The translations under genes and the position numbers were made by a program. Shown one piece after another: positions 17,752 to 27,958 of a stretch of DNA of 64,000 nucleotides. Source of the DNA: Paludibacter jiangxiensis (GTDB lineage: Bacteria > Bacteroidota > Bacteroidia > Bacteroidales > Paludibacteraceae); contig CAMBSB010000003.1 in the NCBI GenBank assembly GCA_945870155.1, positions 16,708 through 80,707 of the forward strand, written 5' to 3'. Positions within the stretch are counted from its first letter, which is position 1, and each line of letters opens with the position of its first letter. A model generated the notes under the pieces. It was given only the letters and a program-made list of their open reading frames with translations, ran no database searches and was not told the origin of the DNA.

Positions 17752-20700
17752 ATGAAAAAGATTTTTTTTATTATTGCTTTACTTACTATCTTTATTGTTA
17801 ATATACATGCACAAAGTTGCACGCCACCATCAAAGCCAACCGGTTTAACTGCAACTGCCGTTTCTTCTTCACAAATTAACCTTAAATGGAATGCTGTTAC
17901 TGGTGCAATAGGGTATGATTTATCTTATTGTGATGGCACCTATATTGGTTTTGTTTCTGGTACAACTTATAGTCATACAGGTAGAGTTGCTAGTACTACA
18001 TATTCCTATAAAGTTCAAGCTCAAAAGAGTGCAACCTGTGTATCCGGGTTTACGACTTGTGTTAGTGCTACAACACAGAGTAGTTGCACGCCACCATCAA
18101 AACCAACAGGATTAAGTGCAACTGCCGTATCTTCGTCTCAAATTAATCTAAGCTGGAGTGCTGTTTCTGGTGCAATTGGTTATGATGTTTATTATTGCGA
18201 TGGTACATATATTGGTTTTGTTTCTTCTACATCTTATAGTCATACGGGTAGAGCTGCTAGCACAAACTATTCATATAAAATACAAGCGCAAAAAAGTGCA
18301 ACCTGTCTATCTGGATTTACTACTTGTGTGAGTGCTACAACTCAAAGTAGTTGTACTCCACCATCAAAACCATCAGGATTAAGTGCAACTGCTGTTTCTT
18401 CTTCACAAATTAATTTAAGCTGGAGTTCTGTATCTGGCGCAATTGGGTATGATGTTTATTATTGCGATGGGACATATATTGGTTATGTTACTGGTACTTC
18501 TTATAACCATACGGGTAGAGCAGAAAACACCAACTATTCATATAAAATACAAGCACAAAAAAGTGCAACATGTGTATCTGGATTTACAACTTGTTTTAGT
18601 GCTACAACTCCAAGTAGTTGTACACCACCTTCTAAACCCACGGGGTTAACAGCAACTGCTGTTTCTTCTTCACAGATTAACCTTAGTTGGAATGCTGTAT
18701 CTGGAGCAATCGGATATGATGTTTCTTATTGCGATGGAACATATATTGGATATGTTACTGGAACTTCTTATAGCCACACAGGTAGAGCAGAAAACACAAA
18801 CTACTCCTATAGAGTTCAAGCACAAAAGAGTGAATCGTGTGTTTCAGGTTTTACTTCTTGTGTGAGTGCTACAACTCCAAGTAGTTGTACACCACCTTCA
18901 AAACCTACAGGATTAACAGCAACTGCTGTTTCTTCTTCACAGATTAACCTTAGTTGGAATGCTGTATCTGGAGCAATCGGATATGATGTTTCATATTGTG
19001 ATGGAACATATATTGGATATGTGACTGGAACTTCTTACAATCACACAGGTAGAGTAGAAAACACGAACTATTCCTATAAAATTCAAGCACAAAAGAGTGC
19101 AACTTGTGTTTCCGGTTTTACAACTTGTTTTAGTGCTACAACTCCAAGTAGTTGTACACCACCTTCAAAACCCACGGGATTAACAGCAAATGCTGTTTCT
19201 TCTTCACAGATTAACCTTAGTTGGAATGCTGTTTCTGGAGCAATCGGATATGATGTGTCATATTGCGATGGAACATATATTGGATATGTGACTGGTACTT
19301 CTTACAGTCATACAGGAAGAGTAGAAAACACGAACTATTCCTATAAAATACAAGCACAAAAGAGTGAATCGTGTGTTTCCGGATATACGTCTTGTTTTAG
19401 TGCTACAACTCCAAGTAGTTGTACACCACCTTCAATACCCACGGGTTTAACAGCAACTGCAGTTTCTACTTCACAGATTAACCTTAGTTGGAATGCTGTT
19501 TCTGGAGCAATCGGATATGATGTGTCTTATTGTGATGGAACATATATTGAATATGTGACTGGAACTTCTTACAATCACACAGGTAGAGTAGAAAACACGA
19601 ACTATTCCTATAAAATACAAGCACAAAAGAGTGCAACTTGTGTTTCCGGTTTTACAACTTGTTTTAGTGCTACTACTCCAAGTAGTTGTACACCACCAAC
19701 AATACCCGCGGGTTTAACAGCAACTGCTGTTTCTTCATCACAGATTGACCTTAGTTGGAATGCTGTTTCTGGCGCAATAGGATATGATGTGTCATATTGT
19801 GATGGTACATATATTGGATATGTTACTGGCACTTCATATAGTCATACAGGAAGAGTCGAAAACACGAACTATTCTTATAAAATACAAGCACAAAAGAGCG
19901 CAACTTGTATTTCGGGATTTACAACATGTGTGAGTGCTACAACTCAAATTGGACTTGGAACACCAACATTATTATCACCTGCAAATGGAACTTCTTTTAA
20001 TGTTGGTTCAACATTGAGCTTGTCATGGAGTACAGTTGCTAATGCTACCTCTTACGATGTTGAGTTTGATAATGGTACAACTTTTTCATACACATATAAT
20101 TCTCCGACTAATAGTTATAGTGCTATAGTTGAGGCATCCAGCGTTGGCTCTCACACATGGCGTGTTCGGGCAAAAAACCCTACAGGTTCGGGTACTTGGA
20201 CAACAACACCAAGGTCGTTCACTGTGGTTTCCGGCATCCCAACTGTTGCCCCCACGCTGATAGCTCCCGCTGATGATGCGACAGTGATTGCAAATGTATC
20301 AACCAGGTTTAGTTGGAACACTGTAACAGGTGCAATGGGCTATGACCTTCAGTTTAATAACGAATCAATTATTGACAGAGGTAGTTCTACCAGTTTTGAT
20401 CTGTTAACCAGTAGCCTTGGATCTGGCACATGGAAAGTACGGGCAAAGAACACTGCTGGTGCAGGTCCTTGGTCATCACCCAGATCGTTCACTACCGTGT
20501 CCGGGAATATTGTCAATTTACAGATACAGACCTTGAATATTGATAATACCTTCATTCCTTTTCCCGGAGTAAACGGAAAAGTATTATTGTATGATTTAAA
20601 CAAAAAATATTTAAACAAATTTGAAAAAACAAGCACATCAGGAGTTTCAACCTTTTCAAATCTTGCATATGGAAATTATTTCATTGAAGCTTACCACCTT

Positions 20701-23700
20701 CCCATTGCAACACAATCAATATTTGGAGAAGAGTTTTGGGGAGGGATTAATATTTCTTACTCTAGCACTAATACCAAAGGAACGATTATCCGTGATATGC
20801 CATATTCCGAAAATATTAGGATTATTAATGTGGCAACCGGGCAGGATGTAACTGGTGGAAGTGTTTCGGCAGGTACACAGTTACGTTTTGATGTTAAAGT
20901 TAAAAATCCCGGTAATTCACCAAAGCAAGTAAAAGTCAGATTAGTATTTGATCGTGACCAGATTTCAGGATTTGATTGGGATAAACTATCAATAGAAAGT
21001 ATAGTCCCTGCCAAAAGTGGACAAACGGCAGGTGAAGTTACGATAAGCTTTCCTTTCGATATGCCATCTTTAGTTGGAGACTTTTTTGGAGCAATAGGGA
21101 CAATGACAAATACCAATGGATCTGATTATGCATATACTGATGGAACTTCCTGGAGTAAAACAAAATGGCTGACAGTTACCAATCTTGCTCCAACCGGGAA
21201 ATTAAATATTGTTGTGAAAAATGTGCCATCGGGCAAATCAACTTTACCAGGCGCAAATGGAACTGTCGAGTTATTTAACAAAGCAAATTCAAGTGTGGGA
21301 TCAAAAAAAACCGATGTCAACGGAGCTGTTAGTTTTACCGGATTGCCTGCTGAAAGTGGATATTATTATAAGGTCAAACATAATGCAATAACTAATTTTA
21401 CTGATTTCAAGGAAGAGTATTGGGGTACTCAAAGAGATATTACAATAATTTCAAATCAAACAATATCCAGTAATTTTGTAAGAAATCAACCCTTTGGTGA
21501 TGGAATCAGGATATTTAACGGCACAACTGATGTTACAGGACAAACTGTTGAACCCAACAGCAATTTAACTATTAAATACACTATTATTAATCCGGGATCT
21601 TCTCCAATTAATGCAAGAGGGATAGTTGTTATAGATGAATCGAAAACATATTCATGGGATTATGAACCTTTTAAAGCAAATCTTGAATTGATACCAGCAA
21701 ATGGAAAAATCACTCAGTCAATTCCATTTACTCCTAAAAGAGGGGGTAATTTCTTTGCATCTGGTATGGTAAACATTGAATCACTTACAACAAATGGTGG
21801 CACTATTTATACGGATAATACTGTATGGGGAGATAATCCAATAATAAGAATAGCAATTCCAAAAAATAGCGTTAATCTTTTAGATGCTTTCGTAAATATG
21901 GCAAATAATAGAAAAGATGAAAATGGCAATTTTATTAAGCAAATTGATGAACTTTATAAAGAGAATAAAAAAGTATTTTATTTTTCCGAGGGAGAATTTA
22001 CCTTTCCTACTTTGCCCCCTATTACCTTAGGCGTTAACGTTTTTATTGATTTAGTTGATATATATTCATATACTATGTTTAAAAATGGCATATTAGACAA
22101 AGCAGTTTCAGCTGAAGGGAACGATGGTTGGATTACTGTATGGATAAATGGAAAGGTAGGTTCAGCAATAGGTTATGGTGCAAATACTGGAATTACCGCA
22201 CCGGTTACAATTACAAATAATGAATGGGACCCAACAATGAAATTAGAATTTAAAGGATTAGAATTAAAAGCTCCTTTTTACAACATTTCTGCGGTTGAAA
22301 GTGATGGGGTAAATTGGGGAGAAATAAAAAAGATAAATACTGTTGATTCAAAAGTATCAGCTTTTGAACTAGGTTTTAATATTTCTAGATTTGAAATAAA
22401 TATAGATAGAATCAATGAAATATTTAATAGTTCATATAAATCATCTCTATCTGATGGAATATTGACGTCAAATTCAACTAATTCATTCTTTTCAAGAATT
22501 ATAGACTTGGATAATTTAAAAATAGTGCCAAATAAAACTTTAAAGGAATATGATGAATCCAAAAAAAGAGTATTTCGGCCATTTTCAAGTAATGATAATA
22601 ATAAAGTTGGAGTAAACGGAGTAATCAATTTCTTAATTGGTGGTGTAGATAAAAATAACGACAGAATAAAAGATAATGTTTATCCTGTTATACCTAATGT
22701 TTATGGTTTAACCCATTTTGAAAATCAAGCAGAATTGACTTTTCAAAACACTAGTGAAGATGAAACTGCAGATTTTTATATCAAAGTTGTTAATGTACCC
22801 TATGGATGGATTATTGATTCACAGGATAAAAAAGAATATACGTTATTTCCTGAAAAGCAAGATTACACATTTGATTCTTTTGGTGCGCTAAAATCTCTAT
22901 GGAATACTTTTCATTCAACTAAATGGACAATAGGATGTATTGATGCAAATAATGCGCCCGATGATGCAGAATTGACATTTGAATTGTGGCATAATAAGAA
23001 TGGATTTGATAAATTACTTCAAACAAAAAAACTAACTGTGCATAAACAAAAGGCTGATGGGAATATTTCTCCAACAATCTCTGGATTAAAGGCTATAGTT
23101 AAAAGTGAAAATCCTACTAAGAATATTGAAATTTCATGGATTGATTCAGACCCTGATGATGATGCAACCATTGCGATTGCGATTGATTTTGATAAACTTA
23201 GTGATAAGCCTTGGGTATCTTCTGGTATTCATAGATGGATTTCAACAGGTATAAACGAATCCTCAAACATTAATACATTCAACTGGGATATTACAGGAAT
23301 ACCGACTGGAACATATAGTATGTGGGCTGTAATCTATGATGGGAAAAATGAACCGAAATATGTTAAATCAGATAGCGAAATTTCAATATCAACTTTATTT
23401 GATTCAGAAAAACCATACGTTAAGATTACGAATAACAAATTATGGATTAATGAAAATGTATTTCAAAAAATTAATTTTTATGACAATATCGGTCTGGATA
23501 ATATATTTTATCAGGTTATTCCAAAAAGAACAATAAAAAGTGCGGAAATAAATGGATATTCTGGCTCAACTGCCTTGACTACTGTACTAGCAAATGATTT
23601 AAATTGGGAATACCTGACAAGTAACGGGGTGTCTATTTTGCCCGGCTCACAGTTTAACTTAATCGATAGTCTTACTTCCGAGTGGAAGATAAATAATTCC

Positions 23701-24720
23701 GATTGGGAAAAGATGGTTTCGAATTCTCAAAAAGGTCAAAGTTACTATATCTATCTTAAAGCTACAGACGATGCAGGTAATACTTTCTTAACTCTAAACG
23801 AAACAGAGGCTTTGGAAATCAAAATTGATGTCGATAAACCAAATTTGATAATCAATTATCCTGCAGATGGTCAGCGAATTAATTCAAATAATGTAAATAT
23901 TATATGGTCTGCTGATGATATTGTTGATGGAGTAGAGCTAAGTGGACTTGATAGCTTTTATGTTGCAATTGATCAAACAGAAGAATTCACGAAATTAGAA
24001 GGTAATTTAACAAGCTATATTTTAACGAATCTAAGTGACGGTTTGCATAAAGTTTATCTAAAAGCAAAAGACAATGCTGGAAATTATTCCGATTTACAAC
24101 AAGCTAATTTCTCTGTAAATTCGGATATTCAAATTGCTTCAGTTGAATTAACTGAATTTTCAGGTTTAACAATGACTGAATTGTTGGTAAAGGGAGTTAT
24201 TACTGACGATAAGGGTGTCGCAGTATTATCAAAAGGTGTATGCTGGAGTACTGAACCAAATCCAACAATTGTACTAAGTACTAAGACAAATGAAGGATCA
24301 GGAAATAGAATATTTTCATCTTTTATTAAAGATTTAGCACCTGGTATTACTTATTTCATCAGACCTTATGCAACAAATTGTGCAGGGACGGCTTATGGTC
24401 AAGAGATTGTGTTTACTACCCCCAATGAAATATTTTCAAACATAGATATTTCAAAGAGCTCAATTAAGGATTTTTTAATAGTATTTCCAAATCCGAACAA
24501 GGGCGAATTTACAATACAACTCGATACAAAAGCAGGCGAATCAATTGTCATTGAAGTTTACAATCAATTTGGACAGAGAATTTTCTGGCGACAGGATATG
24601 TCATATGCAAACACATTTTCAAGGACAATTAGCTTAAAAGAAATTGTTTCTGGCATTTACTTTATACGAGCAAAAACTAAATCAAATATTTGTAGTGAAA
24701 AGATTATAATAATGGAATAG
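17752..24720 (+). CDS. Giant secreted FN3-repeat protein with T9SS type A sorting domain
   Basis: Signal peptide, 8 Cys-containing FN3 repeats, further Ig-like modules, and a C-terminal VFPNPNKGEF...SGIYFIR...KIIIME. Confidence 0.9.
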   Translation: MKKIFFIIALLTIFIVNIHAQSCTPPSKPTGLTATAVSSSQINLKWNAVTGAIGYDLSYCDGTYIGFVSGTTYSHTGRVASTTYSYKVQAQKSATCVSGFTTCVSATTQSSCTPPSKPTGLSATAVSSSQINLSWSAVSGAIGYDVYYCDGTYIGFVSSTSYSHTGRAASTNYSYKIQAQKSATCLSGFTTCVSATTQSSCTPPSKPSGLSATAVSSSQINLSWSSVSGAIGYDVYYCDGTYIGYVTGTSYNHTGRAENTNYSYKIQAQKSATCVSGFTTCFSATTPSSCTPPSKPTGLTATAVSSSQINLSWNAVSGAIGYDVSYCDGTYIGYVTGTSYSHTGRAENTNYSYRVQAQKSESCVSGFTSCVSATTPSSCTPPSKPTGLTATAVSSSQINLSWNAVSGAIGYDVSYCDGTYIGYVTGTSYNHTGRVENTNYSYKIQAQKSATCVSGFTTCFSATTPSSCTPPSKPTGLTANAVSSSQINLSWNAVSGAIGYDVSYCDGTYIGYVTGTSYSHTGRVENTNYSYKIQAQKSESCVSGYTSCFSATTPSSCTPPSIPTGLTATAVSTSQINLSWNAVSGAIGYDVSYCDGTYIEYVTGTSYNHTGRVENTNYSYKIQAQKSATCVSGFTTCFSATTPSSCTPPTIPAGLTATAVSSSQIDLSWNAVSGAIGYDVSYCDGTYIGYVTGTSYSHTGRVENTNYSYKIQAQKSATCISGFTTCVSATTQIGLGTPTLLSPANGTSFNVGSTLSLSWSTVANATSYDVEFDNGTTFSYTYNSPTNSYSAIVEASSVGSHTWRVRAKNPTGSGTWTTTPRSFTVVSGIPTVAPTLIAPADDATVIANVSTRFSWNTVTGAMGYDLQFNNESIIDRGSSTSFDLLTSSLGSGTWKVRAKNTAGAGPWSSPRSFTTVSGNIVNLQIQTLNIDNTFIPFPGVNGKVLLYDLNKKYLNKFEKTSTSGVSTFSNLAYGNYFIEAYHLPIATQSIFGEEFWGGINISYSSTNTKGTIIRDMPYSENIRIINVATGQDVTGGSVSAGTQLRFDVKVKNPGNSPKQVKVRLVFDRDQISGFDWDKLSIESIVPAKSGQTAGEVTISFPFDMPSLVGDFFGAIGTMTNTNGSDYAYTDGTSWSKTKWLTVTNLAPTGKLNIVVKNVPSGKSTLPGANGTVELFNKANSSVGSKKTDVNGAVSFTGLPAESGYYYKVKHNAITNFTDFKEEYWGTQRDITIISNQTISSNFVRNQPFGDGIRIFNGTTDVTGQTVEPNSNLTIKYTIINPGSSPINARGIVVIDESKTYSWDYEPFKANLELIPANGKITQSIPFTPKRGGNFFASGMVNIESLTTNGGTIYTDNTVWGDNPIIRIAIPKNSVNLLDAFVNMANNRKDENGNFIKQIDELYKENKKVFYFSEGEFTFPTLPPITLGVNVFIDLVDIYSYTMFKNGILDKAVSAEGNDGWITVWINGKVGSAIGYGANTGITAPVTITNNEWDPTMKLEFKGLELKAPFYNISAVESDGVNWGEIKKINTVDSKVSAFELGFNISRFEINIDRINEIFNSSYKSSLSDGILTSNSTNSFFSRIIDLDNLKIVPNKTLKEYDESKKRVFRPFSSNDNNKVGVNGVINFLIGGVDKNNDRIKDNVYPVIPNVYGLTHFENQAELTFQNTSEDETADFYIKVVNVPYGWIIDSQDKKEYTLFPEKQDYTFDSFGALKSLWNTFHSTKWTIGCIDANNAPDDAELTFELWHNKNGFDKLLQTKKLTVHKQKADGNISPTISGLKAIVKSENPTKNIEISWIDSDPDDDATIAIAIDFDKLSDKPWVSSGIHRWISTGINESSNINTFNWDITGIPTGTYSMWAVIYDGKNEPKYVKSDSEISISTLFDSEKPYVKITNNKLWINENVFQKINFYDNIGLDNIFYQVIPKRTIKSAEINGYSGSTALTTVLANDLNWEYLTSNGVSILPGSQFNLIDSLTSEWKINNSDWEKMVSNSQKGQSYYIYLKATDDAGNTFLTLNETEALEIKIDVDKPNLIINYPADGQRINSNNVNIIWSADDIVDGVELSGLDSFYVAIDQTEEFTKLEGNLTSYILTNLSDGLHKVYLKAKDNAGNYSDLQQANFSVNSDIQIASVELTEFSGLTMTELLVKGVITDDKGVAVLSKGVCWSTEPNPTIVLSTKTNEGSGNRIFSSFIKDLAPGITYFIRPYATNCAGTAYGQEIVFTTPNEIFSNIDISKSSIKDFLIVFPNPNKGEFTIQLDTKAGESIVIEVYNQFGQRIFWRQDMSYANTFSRTISLKEIVSGIYFIRAKTKSNICSEKIIIME
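17815..19950 (+). repeat. Eight tandem 267-bp (89-aa) intragenic FN3 repeats
   Basis: SCTPP..P.GL.A.AVS.SQI.L.W unit recurs every 267 bp (17815, 18082, ...). Confidence 0.95.
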
Positions 24721-24784
24721 GACGTTCTTTCTTTAAAATGTTGATAAATTATCAGACAGGCACATGAATCGCCAATGCATAATA

Positions 24785-24907
24785 GGCGGTATATTTTATT
24801 GTCGAGACATTGCGGGTTTCAGCGTTTCTGATTCTAAAAACTTTCGTGTGCCTTGACAGTGATGTGCTCCGAAATCGGCAACAAAAATATACCGCCAGTA
24901 GTTATCC
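24785..24907 (+). other. attC-like site with long inverted arms
   Basis: GGCGGTATATTTTATTGTCG (24785-24804) pairs with CGGCAACAAAAATATACCGCC (24876-24896), followed by GTT at 24901. Confidence 0.55.
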
Positions 24908-25315
24908 CCCTGTTCGGCGTAGGTTGGCACTTATTATTTTTTGCATAGCTTCCCTTGTTCCGCATTGTTTAATTCGCGCTGCATGTTCGGTGTAGTTTCC
25001 AAACTAAATCAGGTTAAAATGAAAGCTACAGCTTTACATATTCAAATAATGTGTAAAGCTGGTTCCGATAGCTATCGGAATCCTTTTAGCTTTGACTTGA
25101 CGAGACGCTATGCCAAGCATCTCGTAATGAGTTTTATACAATACAAAGAACAGGGAAGTTTGAGTTTTGACATGTAAATAAAAAAGTAAAATTAAAAATA
25201 TGAAGATTAATAATTTGCACAAGATCAAATCAAAACAGATGAACAGCACCCTCCCGATAGCTATCGGGAGGTGAATAGCTTAGTGAAATGAAGGAGACAT
25301 GTAAATAAAGGCCTT

Positions 25316-25489
25316 GGCTACCAAAACCGAGACAATGCTCTCTCCAACAAACAACAACAAACAGCAACAATCAAGGGGTTGCAACCCCTTGTTGAGGGAA
25401 AATCCAGTGCAGACTTTAGCGGTACAAGGGCTTACATTTGGTTGGCTGCCAAAACCGACGCAATGCTCTCTCCAACACACAACAACAAA
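25316..25489 (+). repeat. Two ~46-bp direct repeats flanking a perfect 20-bp palindrome
   Basis: GGCT(A/G)CCAAAACCGA..CAATGCTCTCTCCAACA.ACAACAACAAA at 25316 and 25444; CAAGGGGTTGCAACCCCTTG at 25372-25391. Confidence 0.85.
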
Positions 25490-25541
25490 GTTATATGTAT
25501 CTGACAAATTGTATTTTAAATATAAGAAAAAGTATAGGAAT

Positions 25542-25734
25542 GCGAATTTACGCTGATTTAGCGGATATTCGCTGATCGAAGATGCCGACTTGAAGGTGTT
25601 AAATGTAGATAACGGATTAAAAACGGATTTTATCCACTTTAAATCGGGGAAGGTTTAAAGACCCGCGTATTAATCAGCTCGCCAAAGGCGAGATCTAATC
25701 CGTTTTAAAATCCGCTAATTCCGCATAAATCCGC
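25542..25734. mobile_element. Small non-coding element with 25-bp imperfect terminal inverted repeats
   Basis: GCGAATTTACGCTGATTTAGCGGAT vs ATCCGCTAATTCCGCATAAATCCGC (21/25 complementary); inner CGGATT.AAAACGGATT / AATCCGTTTTAAAATCCG arms. Confidence 0.55.
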
Positions 25735-26121
25735 GTATTATTATCTTGAGTATCGAACTTATATAAACTCTAATAGAAATAAACAAAATTAATACCCCTT
25801 AGTGTATGCAGAGATAAACAATGATAAAACATTAATGTCATACGGACAATAAAACATTTATACCTATTTATTCTATTAATATTGAAGACCTATGGTCTAT
25901 TTTTCAACTCCCGATTCACGTAAAAATGAAATAGATATATTGTTTTTGATACAATTTATAATAAATCTTCATATTTGTTTTTTATATAAATTAATTAGTA
26001 TATTTGCAAACAAATCTGAAACATAATTGCAAGTTTTTATTTACATATTTAATTGTGATTCAAACAATAAACTCTATACATTTTACAATAACTATATTCA
26101 CTTTTTAAATTCTATTTCAAT

Positions 26122-26754
26122 ATGAAAACACATTATTTATTTATCGGACTAGTAGTTTTTTTCAGCTCTTGTGATTTTGGTGATTCAGAAAAAGGCAAAT
26201 TAACAGGCACACAATCTGAAATTGGAGCTACTGGGGCTACTTTTGCGCTTTCAGCAACAGGGGTTTCAGGTGTTTCAAATATGCAGGCTTCAGTTACAAA
26301 AAATACCGATGGGATTTCATCAATTAATGGTACTGCCACATTAACAAACAGTATGTTGACACAAGTAATTAAAGCAATACCCGGAACTTTATCACAAAGT
26401 GGAAATGTAGTTACTTTAAATGATTTAAAAGTTAAATTTAAAAGCGATGGTGTAGAAAAAGTTAATGGGATAAATCCGGGGGTTCTTGTAAATTACAACT
26501 CTTCGGTTGGCGATGTATATGCTGCGGAGTCTTCAAAGACCAAAAGAGAAGTGACAGCAAAAACTACCACCGATAGTTATGACTGGGGAGGTATGAAAAT
26601 AAAAACAATGGAAGTTACTGAAAGCATTAATGCGTATGGTATAAAAAGTATGCAATATATAGCAAACCACAAATGGGGAATTGTAGGGATACTTATCACT
26701 TTCGATGACAATTCAACAATTAAAATACCTGTTACTTCAAGTAAAAGCAATTAA
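26122..26754 (+). CDS. Hypothetical lipoprotein
   Basis: Lipobox FFSSC; beta-rich 210-aa ORF; TATATTTG promoter motif at 25999. Confidence 0.75.
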   Translation: MKTHYLFIGLVVFFSSCDFGDSEKGKLTGTQSEIGATGATFALSATGVSGVSNMQASVTKNTDGISSINGTATLTNSMLTQVIKAIPGTLSQSGNVVTLNDLKVKFKSDGVEKVNGINPGVLVNYNSSVGDVYAAESSKTKREVTAKTTTDSYDWGGMKIKTMEVTESINAYGIKSMQYIANHKWGIVGILITFDDNSTIKIPVTSSKSN

Positions 26755-26757
26755 CAA

Positions 26758-27210
26758 ATGAGCAAAGATAAATCTTGGTTAATAAATTACAGATGGCGAA
26801 AATGGGGATTTTTTTCGTTTTTGATAGGTCTGGTATGCAGTTATATTAACTCGTTTACTCAAATCAGAATTGAATCGCCGGTACTTGCAATTTATTCCGG
26901 TTTTATGGAGCAAAGTTTTTTTGCGGTAACGCAAACTAATCTTACTGATGAACTTGCCATGATTTTTTTAATATTGGGCTTGTTGATTTTGATTATTACT
27001 AAAGAAAAAAATGAAACAGAACATATAATATCATTAAGATACAAGGCTTTGATAATAAGCTTTGTAATCAATAATATATTGTTAGTATTAAGCGTGTTAT
27101 TGGTTTATGGAACCGGTTTTATAGGAGTGTTAATTGCCGGATTATTTAGTCAGGCAATCATTTACATCATTAGTTTTACCATTTTAAAAATAAGAAACAG
27201 AGAAAAGTAA
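26758..27210 (+). CDS. Hypothetical membrane protein (about 4 TM)
   Basis: Hydrophobic segments; 3 bp after the previous gene. Confidence 0.7.
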   Translation: MSKDKSWLINYRWRKWGFFSFLIGLVCSYINSFTQIRIESPVLAIYSGFMEQSFFAVTQTNLTDELAMIFLILGLLILIITKEKNETEHIISLRYKALIISFVINNILLVLSVLLVYGTGFIGVLIAGLFSQAIIYIISFTILKIRNREK

Positions 27211-27233
27211 ATTTAAACGTAATGTGATTCTCC

Positions 27234-27270
27234 AATGGCTGTCAAAATATAAAAATTGGCAGCCATTTTT
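27234..27270 (+). terminator. Intrinsic terminator
   Basis: AATGGCTGTCA / TGGCAGCCATT stem followed by a T-tract. Confidence 0.6.
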
Positions 27271-27345
27271 ATTTTATATCAAACTATTGTAAGTAATAGT
27301 AATTCAAATATATTTTCTATTTTTACATTGAATATTTTCACCCCA

Positions 27346-27373
27346 TGCAACAAAAATACAGTATTTTTCATCT
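27346..27373 (+). promoter_or_regulatory. Candidate ECF sigma promoter TGCAAC-N17-CATCT (autoregulatory)
   Basis: The same boxes and spacing recur at 30133-30160, upstream of the serpins. Confidence 0.55.
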
Positions 27374-27382
27374 TGACATAAA

Positions 27383-27958
27383 ATGAGGGAAAAAAGCACA
27401 ACAGACGAAGACGAAATAATTAAAGGATGTAAAGAAGGTAAATCGTGGGCTCAAAAGGCGGTTTACGATCTTTATGCATCCACAATGTTGAGCGTTTGTG
27501 TGCGATATGTGTCTGACTATGAAACTGCTCGCGATATACTTCAGGATGGATTTGTAAAGATTTTCACTAAAATTGATTCATATACGGGAGCAGGAGCTTT
27601 TGGCGGTTGGGTGCGTAGGGTGATAGTTACAACAGCGCTGGAATATTTAAGGCAAAACGATGCCCTAAAACAAAGTGCCAGTATAGATGATCATAGCAAT
27701 TACATAGAAAACAATGATGTATCGGTTTTAGATAAAATTTCAGCCGACGATTTGATGGAATTTATTTCCAAACTTCCCGATGGTTATCGAACAGTATTTA
27801 ATCTTTACGCTATAGAAGGTTATTCGCACTCCGAAATAGCAGAAATGCTCAATATAAACGATGTAACGTCCCGCTCTCAGTTTATGAGAGCAAGGAAAAT
27901 ACTTCAAAAAAACATTCAGTCACTACAAGAATACGAAAATGGACAACAATATAAATAA
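27383..27958 (+). CDS. ECF-type RNA polymerase sigma-70 factor
   Basis: ARDILQDGFVKIF region 2 and YRTVFNLYAIEGYSHSEIAEML...SRSQFMRAR region 4. Confidence 0.95.
   Translation: MREKSTTDEDEIIKGCKEGKSWAQKAVYDLYASTMLSVCVRYVSDYETARDILQDGFVKIFTKIDSYTGAGAFGGWVRRVIVTTALEYLRQNDALKQSASIDDHSNYIENNDVSVLDKISADDLMEFISKLPDGYRTVFNLYAIEGYSHSEIAEMLNINDVTSRSQFMRARKILQKNIQSLQEYENGQQYK

Noticed and set aside
25316-25489. CRISPR mini-array
   Set aside because: Only two 46-bp repeats with an ~82-bp interval containing a REP-like palindrome; no leader or cas genes.
24810-25556. Small ORFs in the track (24810, 24941, 25034, 25280, 25314)
   Set aside because: They overlap attC-like and repeat elements on both strands and lack protein-like composition; probably spurious.
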